Virus record (IMG/VR): IMGVR_UViG_3300045012_000181
Span: 1 to 64,000 of that record
Source of the DNA: a virus
Reading direction: 5' to 3' (one strand)
DNA: 64,000 nt
In this document: one piece after another, positions 25,634 through 35,492 of the stretch
Numbering within the stretch: the stretch's first letter is position 1
Layout of the letters: each line of letters opens with the position of its first letter
The notes under the pieces: model-generated
Told to the model about the DNA's origin: nothing
Seen by the model: the letters and a program-made list of their open reading frames with translations, nothing else
Database searches by the model: none
Made by a program: the position numbers and the translations under genes

Positions 25634-26781
25634 AGCCCGCCCACCTGCCAGTCCTGTACGACATCCAAGCCCCAGCCCCCGATGACCTTGTCCAGCCCGC
25701 CCTCAATGGCCGCCCAGAAGGCCTTCTCGGAACCGTACATCAAGCGCGCCCACTGGGTGTAAAACTCCCGGTTAAGTTTCATGAAGTCCTTGGCGCTGCG
25801 CACATCGCCGTAATTGATGGTATCCCGGATGCTCTGTTCGCGGTCCGCGCCTACGAAGATGCCCCGAAATCGGGCCCGGCCAATATTCAAGGCATGTCGA
25901 GCCAAGTCGAACACCAGCATGAAAGCCCTGGGATGCATCAGCCAAAAGTTCGATAGCGTCCGGTACTCCAGCCCATGTGGCGGCAGGCGAAATTCCCCGG
26001 CCAGACCGTAGTATCTGCGCCTGATAAAGTGGTCATAATTCTGCGCCAGGGCCACACAGGGAATGCCCAGCAGGGCATCCAGGGTCTTAACCAGATAGCG
26101 GATGTTCTCGATTTCGCGCTCTTCCTCCGGCAACTCAAAATGCACATGCCCCCCGGCGAAACGCCAGTTGAGGCAGCGGGGACGCTCCACACGCCGACCA
26201 CTGGAACCGTAGGCATTCCGGCTGGGGTCGCAACCCAGTGAGACGTGGGCCTCCGAGGCCAGCTGGAGCATGATGGGCGGAACACGCCAGACGCTCTGTG
26301 GGGCGATGTTGAGGCCCTTCTGGGCGAGGGCCTGCAGTTGCCGGCCAATCTGCTGGGCCAAGATGGCATGGCACTTGATTTTGTGGGCCTTGCAGCTCGC
26401 CGTGCACCACTTATAACAGGCCTTCGGGTCCACGGTGGTTTCGGCCTGAAAGCCATCCCAGAATAGGCCATCCGTGGTGCCATGCTTGTCCGGCAGGAAG
26501 TCAAAAGCCGGAACAACTTGGCGTTCGCCATTCAGGCGCAGGAAAAATTCCGGATCGGTGCCCATAACGGGCTCCACGCCATAACAAGTATCGATGCCTT
26601 CAACGGCCGCCGTCAAAGAAGGCACACGGGGCGTCAGCCCGGCCCTAACGGGACCAGACTTAACCCTGATGGGTCTGAGGCCCTTCTCGGCGAAGAGCAT
26701 GTCCTTCTTTAAGAACCATACATCTTGGCCGTAGCGCTGGCCCAATTTGGGCCCTTGTGGGGAATTTCGTGCCAGGTCCAT
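25597..26781 (-). CDS. phiEco32-like COOH-NH2 ligase type 2
   Basis: MGTDPEFFL, DGFQAE, GCDPSRNAY, RFAGGHVHF, GEFRLPPHGLEYRTLSNFW. Confidence 0.9.
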   Translation of the reverse strand: MDLARNSPQGPKLGQRYGQDVWFLKKDMLFAEKGLRPIRVKSGPVRAGLTPRVPSLTAAVEGIDTCYGVEPVMGTDPEFFLRLNGERQVVPAFDFLPDKHGTTDGLFWDGFQAETTVDPKACYKWCTASCKAHKIKCHAILAQQIGRQLQALAQKGLNIAPQSVWRVPPIMLQLASEAHVSLGCDPSRNAYGSSGRRVERPRCLNWRFAGGHVHFELPEEEREIENIRYLVKTLDALLGIPCVALAQNYDHFIRRRYYGLAGEFRLPPHGLEYRTLSNFWLMHPRAFMLVFDLARHALNIGRARFRGIFVGADREQSIRDTINYGDVRSAKDFMKLNREFYTQWARLMYGSEKAFWAAIEGGLDKVIGGWGLDVVQDWQVGGLWTQVPAWKDLG

Positions 26782-27191
26782 TAGTAGGCGTGACCCCCTT
26801 CGGGTGGTGGAATGTTAAGGCCCGGAGCCTGAGCCTCTAGGGTTTGGGGTTGGGCCTCGGGTGGGTTGCTGTCGCCTTCCAATTCGGTTTTGGTCAGCTC
26901 CCGGCATTTCTTCTCGGGATAGGTAACGAAAGTCGTGGGCGAGTTCTTGCTATGCCCGTAATGCCAGCCATTTTCCTTCAGTTCCAGGCTCAGAACGGTG
27001 AAGTAGATGGCCGGTTGCTCGCGCATCCAGGGGTTCTTCTGACCCGCGAAGGCCACCAGTTGGCCCAGTTTGAATTTCGGGGGCTTGGGCCGGTAGCGCT
27101 CCACCTCGTCTTCCAATTCCAACACACGGCGCAATAGTTCATCCCTGCTGGCCGTTTCAAATTTGTTTGGTGAAAGTTTAGCGTTCTTCAT
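26781..27191 (-). CDS. hypothetical protein with SH3/YorX-like domain
   Basis: PKFKLGQLV...WHY. Confidence 0.6.
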   Translation of the reverse strand: MKNAKLSPNKFETASRDELLRRVLELEDEVERYRPKPPKFKLGQLVAFAGQKNPWMREQPAIYFTVLSLELKENGWHYGHSKNSPTTFVTYPEKKCRELTKTELEGDSNPPEAQPQTLEAQAPGLNIPPPEGGHAY

Positions 27192-27774
27192 CGGTTAGGG
27201 CCTTCAAACCTTCCTCAAATTGCCATCCAATATTCTGTACCTTGTACTCCCATATGGATGGACTAATGGCATTAACCTTCCTATCAAAAATCTTGAGGAA
27301 CTGGCCGCCCCAGTGCACAACTTGGCCCACGCGGAATTTGGGCTCAGACGGGCGGAGCTTCTCCAATTCCTTTAGGCGTTCGTCCAGTTCTTCGGTCTTA
27401 ACATCGAGTAACTCCGTGGCCTCTTTGAGGTCCTCTTGGGCCTTGCGTTCTTGAGCTACCAAGCCCTTCACGGCCTGAATTAGGGGAACGTGCAGGAAGC
27501 GTATTGGCAATTGCAGCCGAATTTGTACTAACTGTTCTTCGTGCTCTTTCTTGAGGGCGTCTTTCGTGCACGTGGTAGAGCTCTCTCGCCTTAGGGCCTC
27601 ATTCTTCTCCTTGAGGGCCTCGGCCAGCATTGTGGATTGCCTAGAGAGCTTCTCGCGCAGCCCGCTAATTTCATTTATGGCGGCACGATACAAGACCTCC
27701 ATGTCGGGCGCCTGATTGACGTGGAAGTTGAGTAATTCCACGAGTACAGGATAATTAGGGGATGGCGTTCTCAT
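27178..27774 (-). CDS. coiled-coil protein with C-terminal SH3/YorX-like domain
   Basis: Heptad-rich region then PKFRVGQVV...WEY; same module as 26781. Confidence 0.6.
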   Translation of the reverse strand: MRTPSPNYPVLVELLNFHVNQAPDMEVLYRAAINEISGLREKLSRQSTMLAEALKEKNEALRRESSTTCTKDALKKEHEEQLVQIRLQLPIRFLHVPLIQAVKGLVAQERKAQEDLKEATELLDVKTEELDERLKELEKLRPSEPKFRVGQVVHWGGQFLKIFDRKVNAISPSIWEYKVQNIGWQFEEGLKALTDEER

Positions 27775-27909
27775 TTACTTTCACACTCCTTGCACACTCT
27801 CAACTCCACCCGTCCACGGGGCATGGCCGCCCTATGACAATGCCTGCACCTAAAGAACCCCGGGTGGTTGTTGTCGGGTTCCAAAGTGGACATGCGACAA
27901 TATTCGCAA

Positions 27910-28476
27910 CTACTCCCCAGAGACTTCTGGCACTTCCGGCACTGTCGAATCACTCTTGCACCCCTTGTGGTATGTACACTTGTTCTGGCCGTAGTCGCGT
28001 TCTGAAACAATTCTTAGACCGCCTGGAACGGCCTCCAAACCGTACTTATAATACCGATCCACGTCCTTAAGGTACTCCGCTTGGGTGTAGTTGTTATCAA
28101 AAAACTCCCTCACTATGTGCACTCGGGGCCACCAGGGCTCAAACAACTCTTGGAAACACTCAATCGTCAGATGCACAAGAAACATCTCCGCCACATACAA
28201 AGCTTCCTTATCCCACCAACCTTTTTCCTTTGTCCAGAAGTCCCTATTGGCCTTGCCGCGCTTGTACAGGCCAAATTTTGGATCTGGGCAGGTGGCATTT
28301 TCGCCGTAGGTCTCGAATCTAAAGATGGCCTCCTCGGGAGTGTCGTACGTCGTGAGGGGGTTGGGATTGAAGGCACCAATCCCCGCCGGCAGGCCGTCCA
28401 TGGGCGTACTACAATGGGCCCACTCCAGATAGTTCTCAAGTCTCTTCTGGTAGCGCGCCGTTAGGCGGAACGTCAA
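27910..28476 (-). CDS. hypothetical protein
   Basis: 188-aa ORF. Confidence 0.5.
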   Translation of the reverse strand: MTFRLTARYQKRLENYLEWAHCSTPMDGLPAGIGAFNPNPLTTYDTPEEAIFRFETYGENATCPDPKFGLYKRGKANRDFWTKEKGWWDKEALYVAEMFLVHLTIECFQELFEPWWPRVHIVREFFDNNYTQAEYLKDVDRYYKYGLEAVPGGLRIVSERDYGQNKCTYHKGCKSDSTVPEVPEVSGE

Positions 28477-28966
28477 CGGGCCCTCCTTCGGAAATCATGG
28501 CGTCAATCAGTTGGTCTATCGCAGTCCTCGTGGCAATGCCCGCAGCAGCTGGGTTCGGGCCTTCTGACGGGACAGAGGCAGTCGTCGACGAATTCGTCAG
28601 TGACGAGGCCGGTTCGGATGTTGATGTTCCCGACTCGGGGGCCTTTATAGCCTCTGGCGCAGGTTTTACAAGCACCGGTCCCTTGACATCTGTCGCACAT
28701 ACCAGCTCCTTTTCGGCCAGCTCAAGGGCCAGCAGGGCGCTCTCGGCCTCGGCCCATTGGAAATCACAGCCCTCTCGGCCGCACTCCGTCACCACGGAAT
28801 ACCTATCGCCAAAGGCCGCGTAACAGCCACAGGAGGCCCAGACCACAATCAAGTCCGGCAGGCTCTGATGGCGCTCGGCCACGTAGCCCTCTTGATGTGT
28901 TGGAGCGGGCATCTTATCGGAGAGTTGTGCGGCCTGGGAAATGCGGGCCTTCTCGGTGGCGTTCAC
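28436..28966 (-). CDS. hypothetical protein
   Basis: Packed ORF. Confidence 0.55.
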   Translation of the reverse strand: MNATEKARISQAAQLSDKMPAPTHQEGYVAERHQSLPDLIVVWASCGCYAAFGDRYSVVTECGREGCDFQWAEAESALLALELAEKELVCATDVKGPVLVKPAPEAIKAPESGTSTSEPASSLTNSSTTASVPSEGPNPAAAGIATRTAIDQLIDAMISEGGPVDVPPNGALPEET

Positions 28967-29181
28967 TAGGAGGGTTCCTCCATGTGCGCGACCTCAACCA
29001 CCAGTTTGAGTTTGTCCTCGGCCCAACCTCTATATATGCGCGCATCCCTTTGAAGATCCTCGATTAGGGCCATTCGGGCCTTTCGAAAACTGGGATAGCC
29101 CGAACCGCTGGATAGGCTTTCACCGGGCTGCAACTTGTCTATACGAGGCGGTGTGCTAACAAAATACCAAATCTCCTTCAC
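28966..29181 (-). CDS. hypothetical protein
   Basis: Packed ORF with RBS. Confidence 0.55.
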   Translation of the reverse strand: MKEIWYFVSTPPRIDKLQPGESLSSGSGYPSFRKARMALIEDLQRDARIYRGWAEDKLKLVVEVAHMEEPS

Positions 29182-29567
29182 GGTTTGGACTCTCCTTTGG
29201 GCTCCGACTCCATAAACTGCAACAAACTACACTTCAGGCATTGCCAGGTTCGCGCATCCATTTGCTCGAACTGCCCATCACAGCTATTCGAGGCCTCCAG
29301 CGAAAGGGGATTGATGTGGCTGCCAAAGTCCTTCTGCACCCGGGGCTTAACTACGGGGGCCTTGTAAATCCATTTTTCGGGCCAGTAGGTGGAGTAGCCA
29401 ATGGGCTTTGGATAGGTCCTCGGTGGCAACGGGCGCTCGGGCTCTTCGGGCCTCCAGGGCTCATCTATGCCGAGAACCCAATTCCAGAACGCGTCCGAGC
29501 GCAAAACCATACTCAGCCAGTAGAGCACCAAAAAGATACCGCACACCCACAGGAGGAATTCCAGCAT
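29178..29567 (-). CDS. membrane-anchored protein with C-terminal Zn ribbon
   Basis: N-terminal hydrophobic helix; C...WQCLKC. Confidence 0.55.
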   Translation of the reverse strand: MLEFLLWVCGIFLVLYWLSMVLRSDAFWNWVLGIDEPWRPEEPERPLPPRTYPKPIGYSTYWPEKWIYKAPVVKPRVQKDFGSHINPLSLEASNSCDGQFEQMDARTWQCLKCSLLQFMESEPKGESKP

Positions 29568-29573
29568 AGGCCT

Positions 29574-30494
29574 CTACTCCCCCGAGGACTCCAGAATGAT
29601 GGCCTTGACGTGCGCCGCGGCTTCGGCCATTTCGGCGTTGATGGGCTCGGGCCCGTAGCGAGGATCGGTTTCGTCCCCGCCATCCAGTAGGGTGGCCAGC
29701 GCGGAAGAGCTGGGCTTGGCCGCGGCTCGCAGGGCCTTCTGACTAACGCCGCAGGTCTTGCAGGTCCACCACAGATGCGGACCGCTCTTATCATTGTCCG
29801 CGCGATGCACGGCGGCGGTCATCGTACCGGCACAAGAGGGCGTGAGCGTACAGGTCCGGGAGCTGGCCGGTATGAGACGAATCTTGGCCCGAGGTGCTTC
29901 CGCGGAAGGATGTCGTTTGCCCATTTTGTTCTCCAAGTCGGCCGGAGCCAGGAAATTTCTGGTCTTGCAGAAGGTACAGTACTGCGTGCCTGGTTCGGCA
30001 TAGGTTATGCAGCCCAGTAGGTTATCTCGGTTGAGACAGTAACCGCTCTCAATTTTCTTGAGCCTGTAGGCCTCTCCGCCCGTGGGCGCCGTCATCTTAT
30101 CCAAGCAGCCCTCGCAGCCGTCATCAACGGTGGCCTCGGCCACGCAGCAATAACAGCAGAGCTTGGCCATGAGTTTCCAATCCTTGCCCAAGTAATATTG
30201 CACATGGTTATCGCAGGCCACGAGGTCTTCATCGCGCGCCAGCGGGCTCTTGGAGGCCTCCAGACGGATTTTGTGTCTGTGCGGGTGCATGGGCGGATAG
30301 CAAGACTTGGTGCCGTCCATACCGATGGCTCCGCAAACGCATCGCCTTTTAATCGCGCCAACCATGCTTTCTCCTATAGAATTCCCAGCTCTGGCCTGGG
30401 CCTTGTCGTCCAGCCACTTCTCCACATCCCCGAAGTTCTTGAAATTCAGGCAGTCCTGGCCGAGCGGAGCGCCAAAATACAGGCGGGTTTTCAC
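29574..30494 (-). CDS. multi-Cys (Zn-binding) protein
   Basis: Numerous CxC/CxxC motifs. Confidence 0.6.
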   Translation of the reverse strand: MKTRLYFGAPLGQDCLNFKNFGDVEKWLDDKAQARAGNSIGESMVGAIKRRCVCGAIGMDGTKSCYPPMHPHRHKIRLEASKSPLARDEDLVACDNHVQYYLGKDWKLMAKLCCYCCVAEATVDDGCEGCLDKMTAPTGGEAYRLKKIESGYCLNRDNLLGCITYAEPGTQYCTFCKTRNFLAPADLENKMGKRHPSAEAPRAKIRLIPASSRTCTLTPSCAGTMTAAVHRADNDKSGPHLWWTCKTCGVSQKALRAAAKPSSSALATLLDGGDETDPRYGPEPINAEMAEAAAHVKAIILESSGE

Positions 30495-30496
30495 CT

Positions 30497-31006
30497 CTAG
30501 AACCCGGAATCGCCGCCGGAACTGGAACCGCTATCAAAGGAGGAGCCGCTGTCGAACGAGCTACCGCTATCGGAAGAACAGCCAGAACTGTCCGACGAAC
30601 TTGACGTGTCGGAGGGCGCATCCCAACTTCCACCGGCCCCGCCTCCACCACTTTCGCCGCCGCCGAAGCCCTGAAAGGTTGGTGTATCATCGGAGCTATC
30701 CGGAGTGGGGTTACTTGCTGGAGATGTCATGGAGCCTAAAAGTTCACCCACTACAAAACCCCCAACCATGGCTGGCAGCACGCCATCGTCATCGTCGGAA
30801 CGCCGGGGCTTCGAAGGCACGGGGTCCACAAGGTACCTGCGCAGCTTGCTATGAGGCTTTGGCGCAGGTGGCACAACGGGTGCATGGATATGCGGTGCAT
30901 GCACGTGGTGCGCATGAGGGGCGTGCAGGTGCGGTGGTTGAATGCCCGGATGTGTTGCGGGAACAACCACAGCGGGCTTTTTCTTGAAGATATCAAATGG
31001 CCACAT
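30497..31006 (-). CDS. hypothetical protein with Gly/Ser/Asp-rich tail
   Basis: GGAGG RBS, MWPFDIFKKK start, FQGFGGGESGGGGAGGSW tail. Confidence 0.65.
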   Translation of the reverse strand: MWPFDIFKKKPAVVVPATHPGIQPPHLHAPHAHHVHAPHIHAPVVPPAPKPHSKLRRYLVDPVPSKPRRSDDDDGVLPAMVGGFVVGELLGSMTSPASNPTPDSSDDTPTFQGFGGGESGGGGAGGSWDAPSDTSSSSDSSGCSSDSGSSFDSGSSFDSGSSSGGDSGF

Positions 31007-31298
31007 CTTTAGAACCTCCCAGAGATTCCTTAAACTTGTGCGGTACGTCCTGTCCACAGCATTGACAACGACCACGGCGCTTCACTAACTTCAACAAGTT
31101 CTCAGGCCACCAAGCCGAGTAGCCAAAGCCCTTGACGACTAGGGCATAGTCAGGTGGCAGGCCATCAGTACGCCCATACTCGTCTCTGTAGGAGTACTGT
31201 ACAATAGCCAGTTTGCCTTCCCCATGGAAGTGCGCCATATCGGACGGTAGGTGTTTGGCAATGCGTACTAAATCGCCCTTGAAGAACTTTTGGCGCAC
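30993..31298 (-). CDS. hypothetical phage protein
   Basis: QKFFKGDLVRI...SAWW. Confidence 0.6.
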   Translation of the reverse strand: MRQKFFKGDLVRIAKHLPSDMAHFHGEGKLAIVQYSYRDEYGRTDGLPPDYALVVKGFGYSAWWPENLLKLVKRRGRCQCCGQDVPHKFKESLGGSKDVAI

Positions 31299-31431
31299 GT
31301 TTAGAACCTCTCTTGTTTCTGGTAGTGTTCAGTCAGGCAGTTGTAAACCACCCCGATTAGCGCCGCGAACGCAATTCCACCTACTAGGAGCTCCGGGATG
31401 TGTTCAACAAACCAGCTCACTTCGGAACCTC

Positions 31432-31614
31432 CTATTGCGAATTCGCACTGGGACACAGGCCCTGTTTATAACAGCGCGCCTCACAGGCCCTATCTTGGGG
31501 ACAACGGTTGTTGCACAGGTTGGCGTCGTGGACACTGAAGACAATCAACAGTAGCCATCCCGCCAGTAGCACCAAAAAGATTGCCACACCCTTCATGAAA
31601 TTCTGGAAGCTCAA
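31432..31614 (-). CDS. small membrane protein with Cys-rich tail
   Basis: TM helix plus CxxxC/CxxxC. Confidence 0.45.
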   Translation of the reverse strand: MSFQNFMKGVAIFLVLLAGWLLLIVFSVHDANLCNNRCPQDRACEARCYKQGLCPSANSQ

Positions 31615-31617
31615 GGC

Positions 31618-32022
31618 CTACTTCCAATCCTTAACGTTATAGTTACCGTCCGGTATGCGCCTATCGGCGCTGTGCAATTTGCGCTGGTAAAAATAGGCCT
31701 GACATTCGCCAAAGTTGGGCGTCTGGATGGGCTCACGTTTGTACATCCAGGGGTGGCCCTCTATGGAGTCAAGGCGCGCCAAGAGGGCATCTCCGACTTC
31801 GTAGACTTCGCCTTGAACTACGTCCTCCGGGCCTTCGGCCGGGCGCAATGCCGGATAGGAGCCCAAGTGATAAAGCTGGCCGGGGAAAGTCGTCTCGCCC
31901 AAGAAGCGGGCGCTCTGCATGTTGTGTGCCAATTTTCCGCCCTTTTTTAGCGAGCCGTAGACACAGATTCTTACTCCTGTCCTTGAGGGATTGGCCAGAA
32001 ATTCGGGACTTTGTGTTTCCAT
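31618..32022 (-). CDS. gamma-glutamylcyclotransferase (GGCT/AIG2-like)
   Basis: VYGSLKKG, LYHLGSYPAL, VQGEVYEV, LDSIEG; GAGGAG RBS before ATG at 32022. Confidence 0.9.
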   Translation of the reverse strand: METQSPEFLANPSRTGVRICVYGSLKKGGKLAHNMQSARFLGETTFPGQLYHLGSYPALRPAEGPEDVVQGEVYEVGDALLARLDSIEGHPWMYKREPIQTPNFGECQAYFYQRKLHSADRRIPDGNYNVKDWK

Positions 32023-32032
32023 GTTCTCCTCT

Positions 32033-33205
32033 CTAGTCTTTGTAGGGATCTCTGATGTCCGGACCGGCCATCGCAACCCCGACCGGGACAAGTTGATGCA
32101 GAATTTTGATGCTATCACCGTGTTCGGCCAGCACCTCAGGCAGCCTTTTGTAGCAATCCGGGCTCTCGTCCAACCCGGCTCCCCGCAGTTCCACATGGGC
32201 CTTTTGGAGCCAACCGTCCATCATTTCCTTCGTGACCTTACCAGCACGCAGGACCGCACCGGTCTTCCGATGCACCTTGCCGGCGGCCTCCCGACGGCCC
32301 ATAACACGTCCGGCGCCATGCACGGTGCTATAGAGCGAATACTGGGCCTCCTCGTTCTGCACGCCCTCCAAAATTACGCTGCGTTCGCCCATCGTGCCGC
32401 CTACAAAGCCCCTCTGACCGGGAAAGGCCGGAGTGGCGCCTTTCCGTACAACCCACAGGTCCTCTCCGCCATGCGTCTCGCGCCAAGCGAAATTGTGGTG
32501 GTTGTGTACCTCTTCCAAAATCTTGGCACCTAAAATCAAGGCGACTTTCTGACAGACCCAATCCCTGCCAGCGTAGGCATACTCTCCGGCCAGCTGCATG
32601 CACTGCAAGTATTCCGCGCCCAGCGGACCCTCAACGGGTATCACACAGGGTTCCACGTCCATACCATCTTTGGCTCCGGCTTTGTTCAGAAACCAAGTTG
32701 CGGTCTTGTGACCCAGCCCTCTAGAACCGAAGTGCACGCCCACCCAGACCCTATCCTGTTCATCCGTAAACAAGTCCACATAATGGTTGCCCGAGCCTAC
32801 AGTTCCGAGCTGGTCGGATGCCATCTTCTTCAGGGGCGCGATGGCCTCACAGGACCAAGCCGGACTATCGAACAGCGCGTGGTCTACAGATTCAGCGTTC
32901 TGGCGGCCAATGCCAAAGGCAATATTTTTCCACACATCATCCATGATTTGCCTGATGCCCGCTCGAAGCGCACTCCCGGGCATATCTGTTAAAACGGCCT
33001 TGTTACCGCAGGCGATATCGAAGCCCACGCCAGACGGCGAGATGCTGGCCTTGTAGGCCACCACGCCGCCGATTGGCACGGCATACCCAAAATGCCCATC
33101 CGCCATGAGGGCGGCTTTGTCGGCCGTTCGGGCACACGTGCGGATCTGCTTCAGGGTGTTTTCATCGTGCTTGCCCCAGATGGGAATGCCTTCAACGATG
33201 TTCAC
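32033..33205 (-). CDS. rtcB: RNA-splicing/repair ligase RtcB
   Basis: DGHFGYAVPIG, VGFDIACG, GTVGSGNHY, VHFGSRG, HNHHN, VVRKGAT, HGAGR, DESPDCYK. Confidence 0.96.
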   Translation of the reverse strand: MNIVEGIPIWGKHDENTLKQIRTCARTADKAALMADGHFGYAVPIGGVVAYKASISPSGVGFDIACGNKAVLTDMPGSALRAGIRQIMDDVWKNIAFGIGRQNAESVDHALFDSPAWSCEAIAPLKKMASDQLGTVGSGNHYVDLFTDEQDRVWVGVHFGSRGLGHKTATWFLNKAGAKDGMDVEPCVIPVEGPLGAEYLQCMQLAGEYAYAGRDWVCQKVALILGAKILEEVHNHHNFAWRETHGGEDLWVVRKGATPAFPGQRGFVGGTMGERSVILEGVQNEEAQYSLYSTVHGAGRVMGRREAAGKVHRKTGAVLRAGKVTKEMMDGWLQKAHVELRGAGLDESPDCYKRLPEVLAEHGDSIKILHQLVPVGVAMAGPDIRDPYKD

Positions 33206-33960
33206 TGTTTCTCCAGCAGTTCGATATAGGTACTTAAAAGATGGTTTAGAATCAAATCTAGCCCAAAGGGCGCCTTCAGGCGCACCCGGTTGTTCACATG
33301 CGAGAAGGGCGGCGCCGTGGGCAGATTGGGAATCACATCCCAGGGGTTCTCGTACCGACGGGTAGTTGGGGCCGAGCCCAAATCATACCAGTGCGTCCAG
33401 TCGGCATCTCCAACTCGGGGACTGCCGAACGTAACGCTACTCAAATCAAAATCACTGAAAGCACTGTTTTGCGCCAAGAAGTCCAGATGGTCCACTAGGA
33501 TTGTTCCAAGTGCGCCTCCGAGACTGTGCCCCGCTACCACAACGGCATCCACCTGCTGGCTCTCCAAGAGACTGCGCACGTAATCCGCCAAGGTTACGGA
33601 TTTGGCCGCGGGGCTATTCTTGGCCAGTTGGAGGCTCTTGTAGACCTCCAAAAAGCCCGCATGCACCAGGCCATGCCCCCAAGGACACGGTACAGGAAGG
33701 GCTGTGGCGTCGTCCAGCCACTCCAGCAGCCTTCGGGGGTCCGTGCCCCTTAAGCACACGATGAGCGCTTTGTCCTGTTGGGCCAGGAATCCAAAGCTTA
33801 CCTCCAGAACATTTGGGGGCAAATCCGCTCCGCGAATCTCCTGCAGAAAATTACAGCCCAGGGTTTTGATGGCTGCGAATTGCTCAGGTCCGTATGCGCC
33901 AGGAATACCCGCTACTTGAACCAGACGGGCCAACGTCAGGTCATTGAGAGTGTTTGGCAT
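33202..33960 (-). CDS. lipase class 3 (alpha/beta hydrolase)
   Basis: LRGTD, VHAGFL, AGHSLGG nucleophile elbow, TFGSPRVG, DVIPNLP, C-terminal H. Start uncertain. Confidence 0.9.
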   Translation of the reverse strand: MPNTLNDLTLARLVQVAGIPGAYGPEQFAAIKTLGCNFLQEIRGADLPPNVLEVSFGFLAQQDKALIVCLRGTDPRRLLEWLDDATALPVPCPWGHGLVHAGFLEVYKSLQLAKNSPAAKSVTLADYVRSLLESQQVDAVVVAGHSLGGALGTILVDHLDFLAQNSAFSDFDLSSVTFGSPRVGDADWTHWYDLGSAPTTRRYENPWDVIPNLPTAPPFSHVNNRVRLKAPFGLDLILNHLLSTYIELLEKQ

Positions 33961-34755
33961 TCTTGGCATTCCTACCGGCCCCTTACGAAGGCCCTGAAGG
34001 CCCTTATGCACGTGGCCAGCCCAACGAAGGCCAGCACCCAGACCACCCCACAGGCCGTCCACAGATACCAAGGAATATAGATACCGCCAGCGTCCGACAT
34101 AAGAGCCTCCTATTGGTGGTACTTGTTGATTACGTTCTGAATGCGCTTCTTGAGGGCTTCCAGCTCAGTTGGTGATTTGGCCTCGAACAGCACCTTGCTG
34201 ACGTAGACCACGCCGTGCCTCTGAAGAAGCTGCAGAATTTCGTCCACGATTTCAACAGAGATGGCGGTCGATAATTTGTCGGATGCGCTCAAGGATGGCC
34301 CCCCGGTCGTATTCGTCCATTAAATCACCGTTGTCTCGTGTCATGGACCACTCGTTCGTATCCGCGCCCAGACCAACGATGTGCTCAGCAATTTCCTGTG
34401 CGGCCTTCTGGGAATCCGTCATGGTCGTGTATTCTTAATCAAGCAGCCCAACATATAGATTGCCATTAATCCGGCTGGCAGCAAGATTGCCGGTACGAGG
34501 CCCATTAATATACAAATATACAAATCGCCTCGCGAATCCGGCCAATAACCTTCGGAAATCCTGTAAACCGGCGCTCCAATAAGGGCCAAGAGGGTTAGTG
34601 TAATTAAGATGACGCCCAATCCCAACAGGAAACAAATCACAGATCCTCCCAATCCCCGGAACCTCCAGAATTCGCCAGCCACAACGAACCCAAAAGGGCC
34701 CAACCTCAAATGAACAGCGAGCCACAAGTGAGAATCACGAAGCCCTCGGGCATGG

Positions 34756-35034
34756 CTAGGACACTCCTACAACGGTTAAATTCGTGGGTGGGGCCAATCC
34801 TCCAGTGGGCGTTCGTGTGATGGCCCCGGTTTGGATACTCACAACGGCGCCTAATGGGACCTCATGGCCCACGCTATCGAAGGCATACAGCTGGCCCGTG
34901 GAGGGGTTACAGCCGATGCCCTCAGGATACACACCGTCCACCCTGAAGCTCACATAGGCCAGCGTGGTGCCATCCGAGAGCTCCAGGGTGCAATCAAAGG
35001 AGCCATCCGCGTTGGGCACGTTGTTGCAGCCCAT
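34756..35034 (-). CDS. small beta-rich protein ending in an Fn3-like strand
   Basis: C-terminus LAPPTNLTVVGVS. Confidence 0.55.
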   Translation of the reverse strand: MGCNNVPNADGSFDCTLELSDGTTLAYVSFRVDGVYPEGIGCNPSTGQLYAFDSVGHEVPLGAVVSIQTGAITRTPTGGLAPPTNLTVVGVS

Positions 35035-35037
35035 GAT

Positions 35038-35478
35038 TTAGACTGAGGGCTGGACTGCTGGAGAGGCCTTCGTGGTCGATGGAACACAGGCCGGTGCGAC
35101 CAAGAGGCCCACACGCCTGCGAAAATTGGCCGAGCGCTCCTTGGGCCTTCGAACCTTCAGCCAGTAGGCCTTCCAAATGGCCTCTCGGGCCTCGCGGGGC
35201 ACCTGTTCCAGGGCTCTCGTGAGGGCCAGCCGGCTGGCCACGGACTTGACAAAATTGTCTTTCTTGCTGCACAGGGCTTCGCCCTTCAGGCCCGTGACGC
35301 AGTGCTTAGGCTCCGAAGTGCCCACGACGCAGATTCCCGTATGTACAAGTGCTCGCGTTACCACGTCCCAACTGCGACGTTTCCTACGGGACAGCTTGCT
35401 GTCATCCTCCAAAAACTCATGGTGGATATGGATGTACCAGTGTTGGGCCTTCTCGCCTTCACCTATTTCTAGGATCAT
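35038..35478 (-). CDS. hypothetical phage protein
   Basis: GEALCSKKDNFVKSVASRLALTRAL motif typical of a widespread phage family. Confidence 0.65.
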   Translation of the reverse strand: MILEIGEGEKAQHWYIHIHHEFLEDDSKLSRRKRRSWDVVTRALVHTGICVVGTSEPKHCVTGLKGEALCSKKDNFVKSVASRLALTRALEQVPREAREAIWKAYWLKVRRPKERSANFRRRVGLLVAPACVPSTTKASPAVQPSV

Positions 35479-35492
35479 GAATGGTCTCCTTT

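Noticed and set aside
30497-30700. Short tandem repeats encoding DSGSSF-DSGSSF and Gly/Ser runs
   Set aside because: Ordinary low-complexity protein tail seen in many phage and bacterial proteins.
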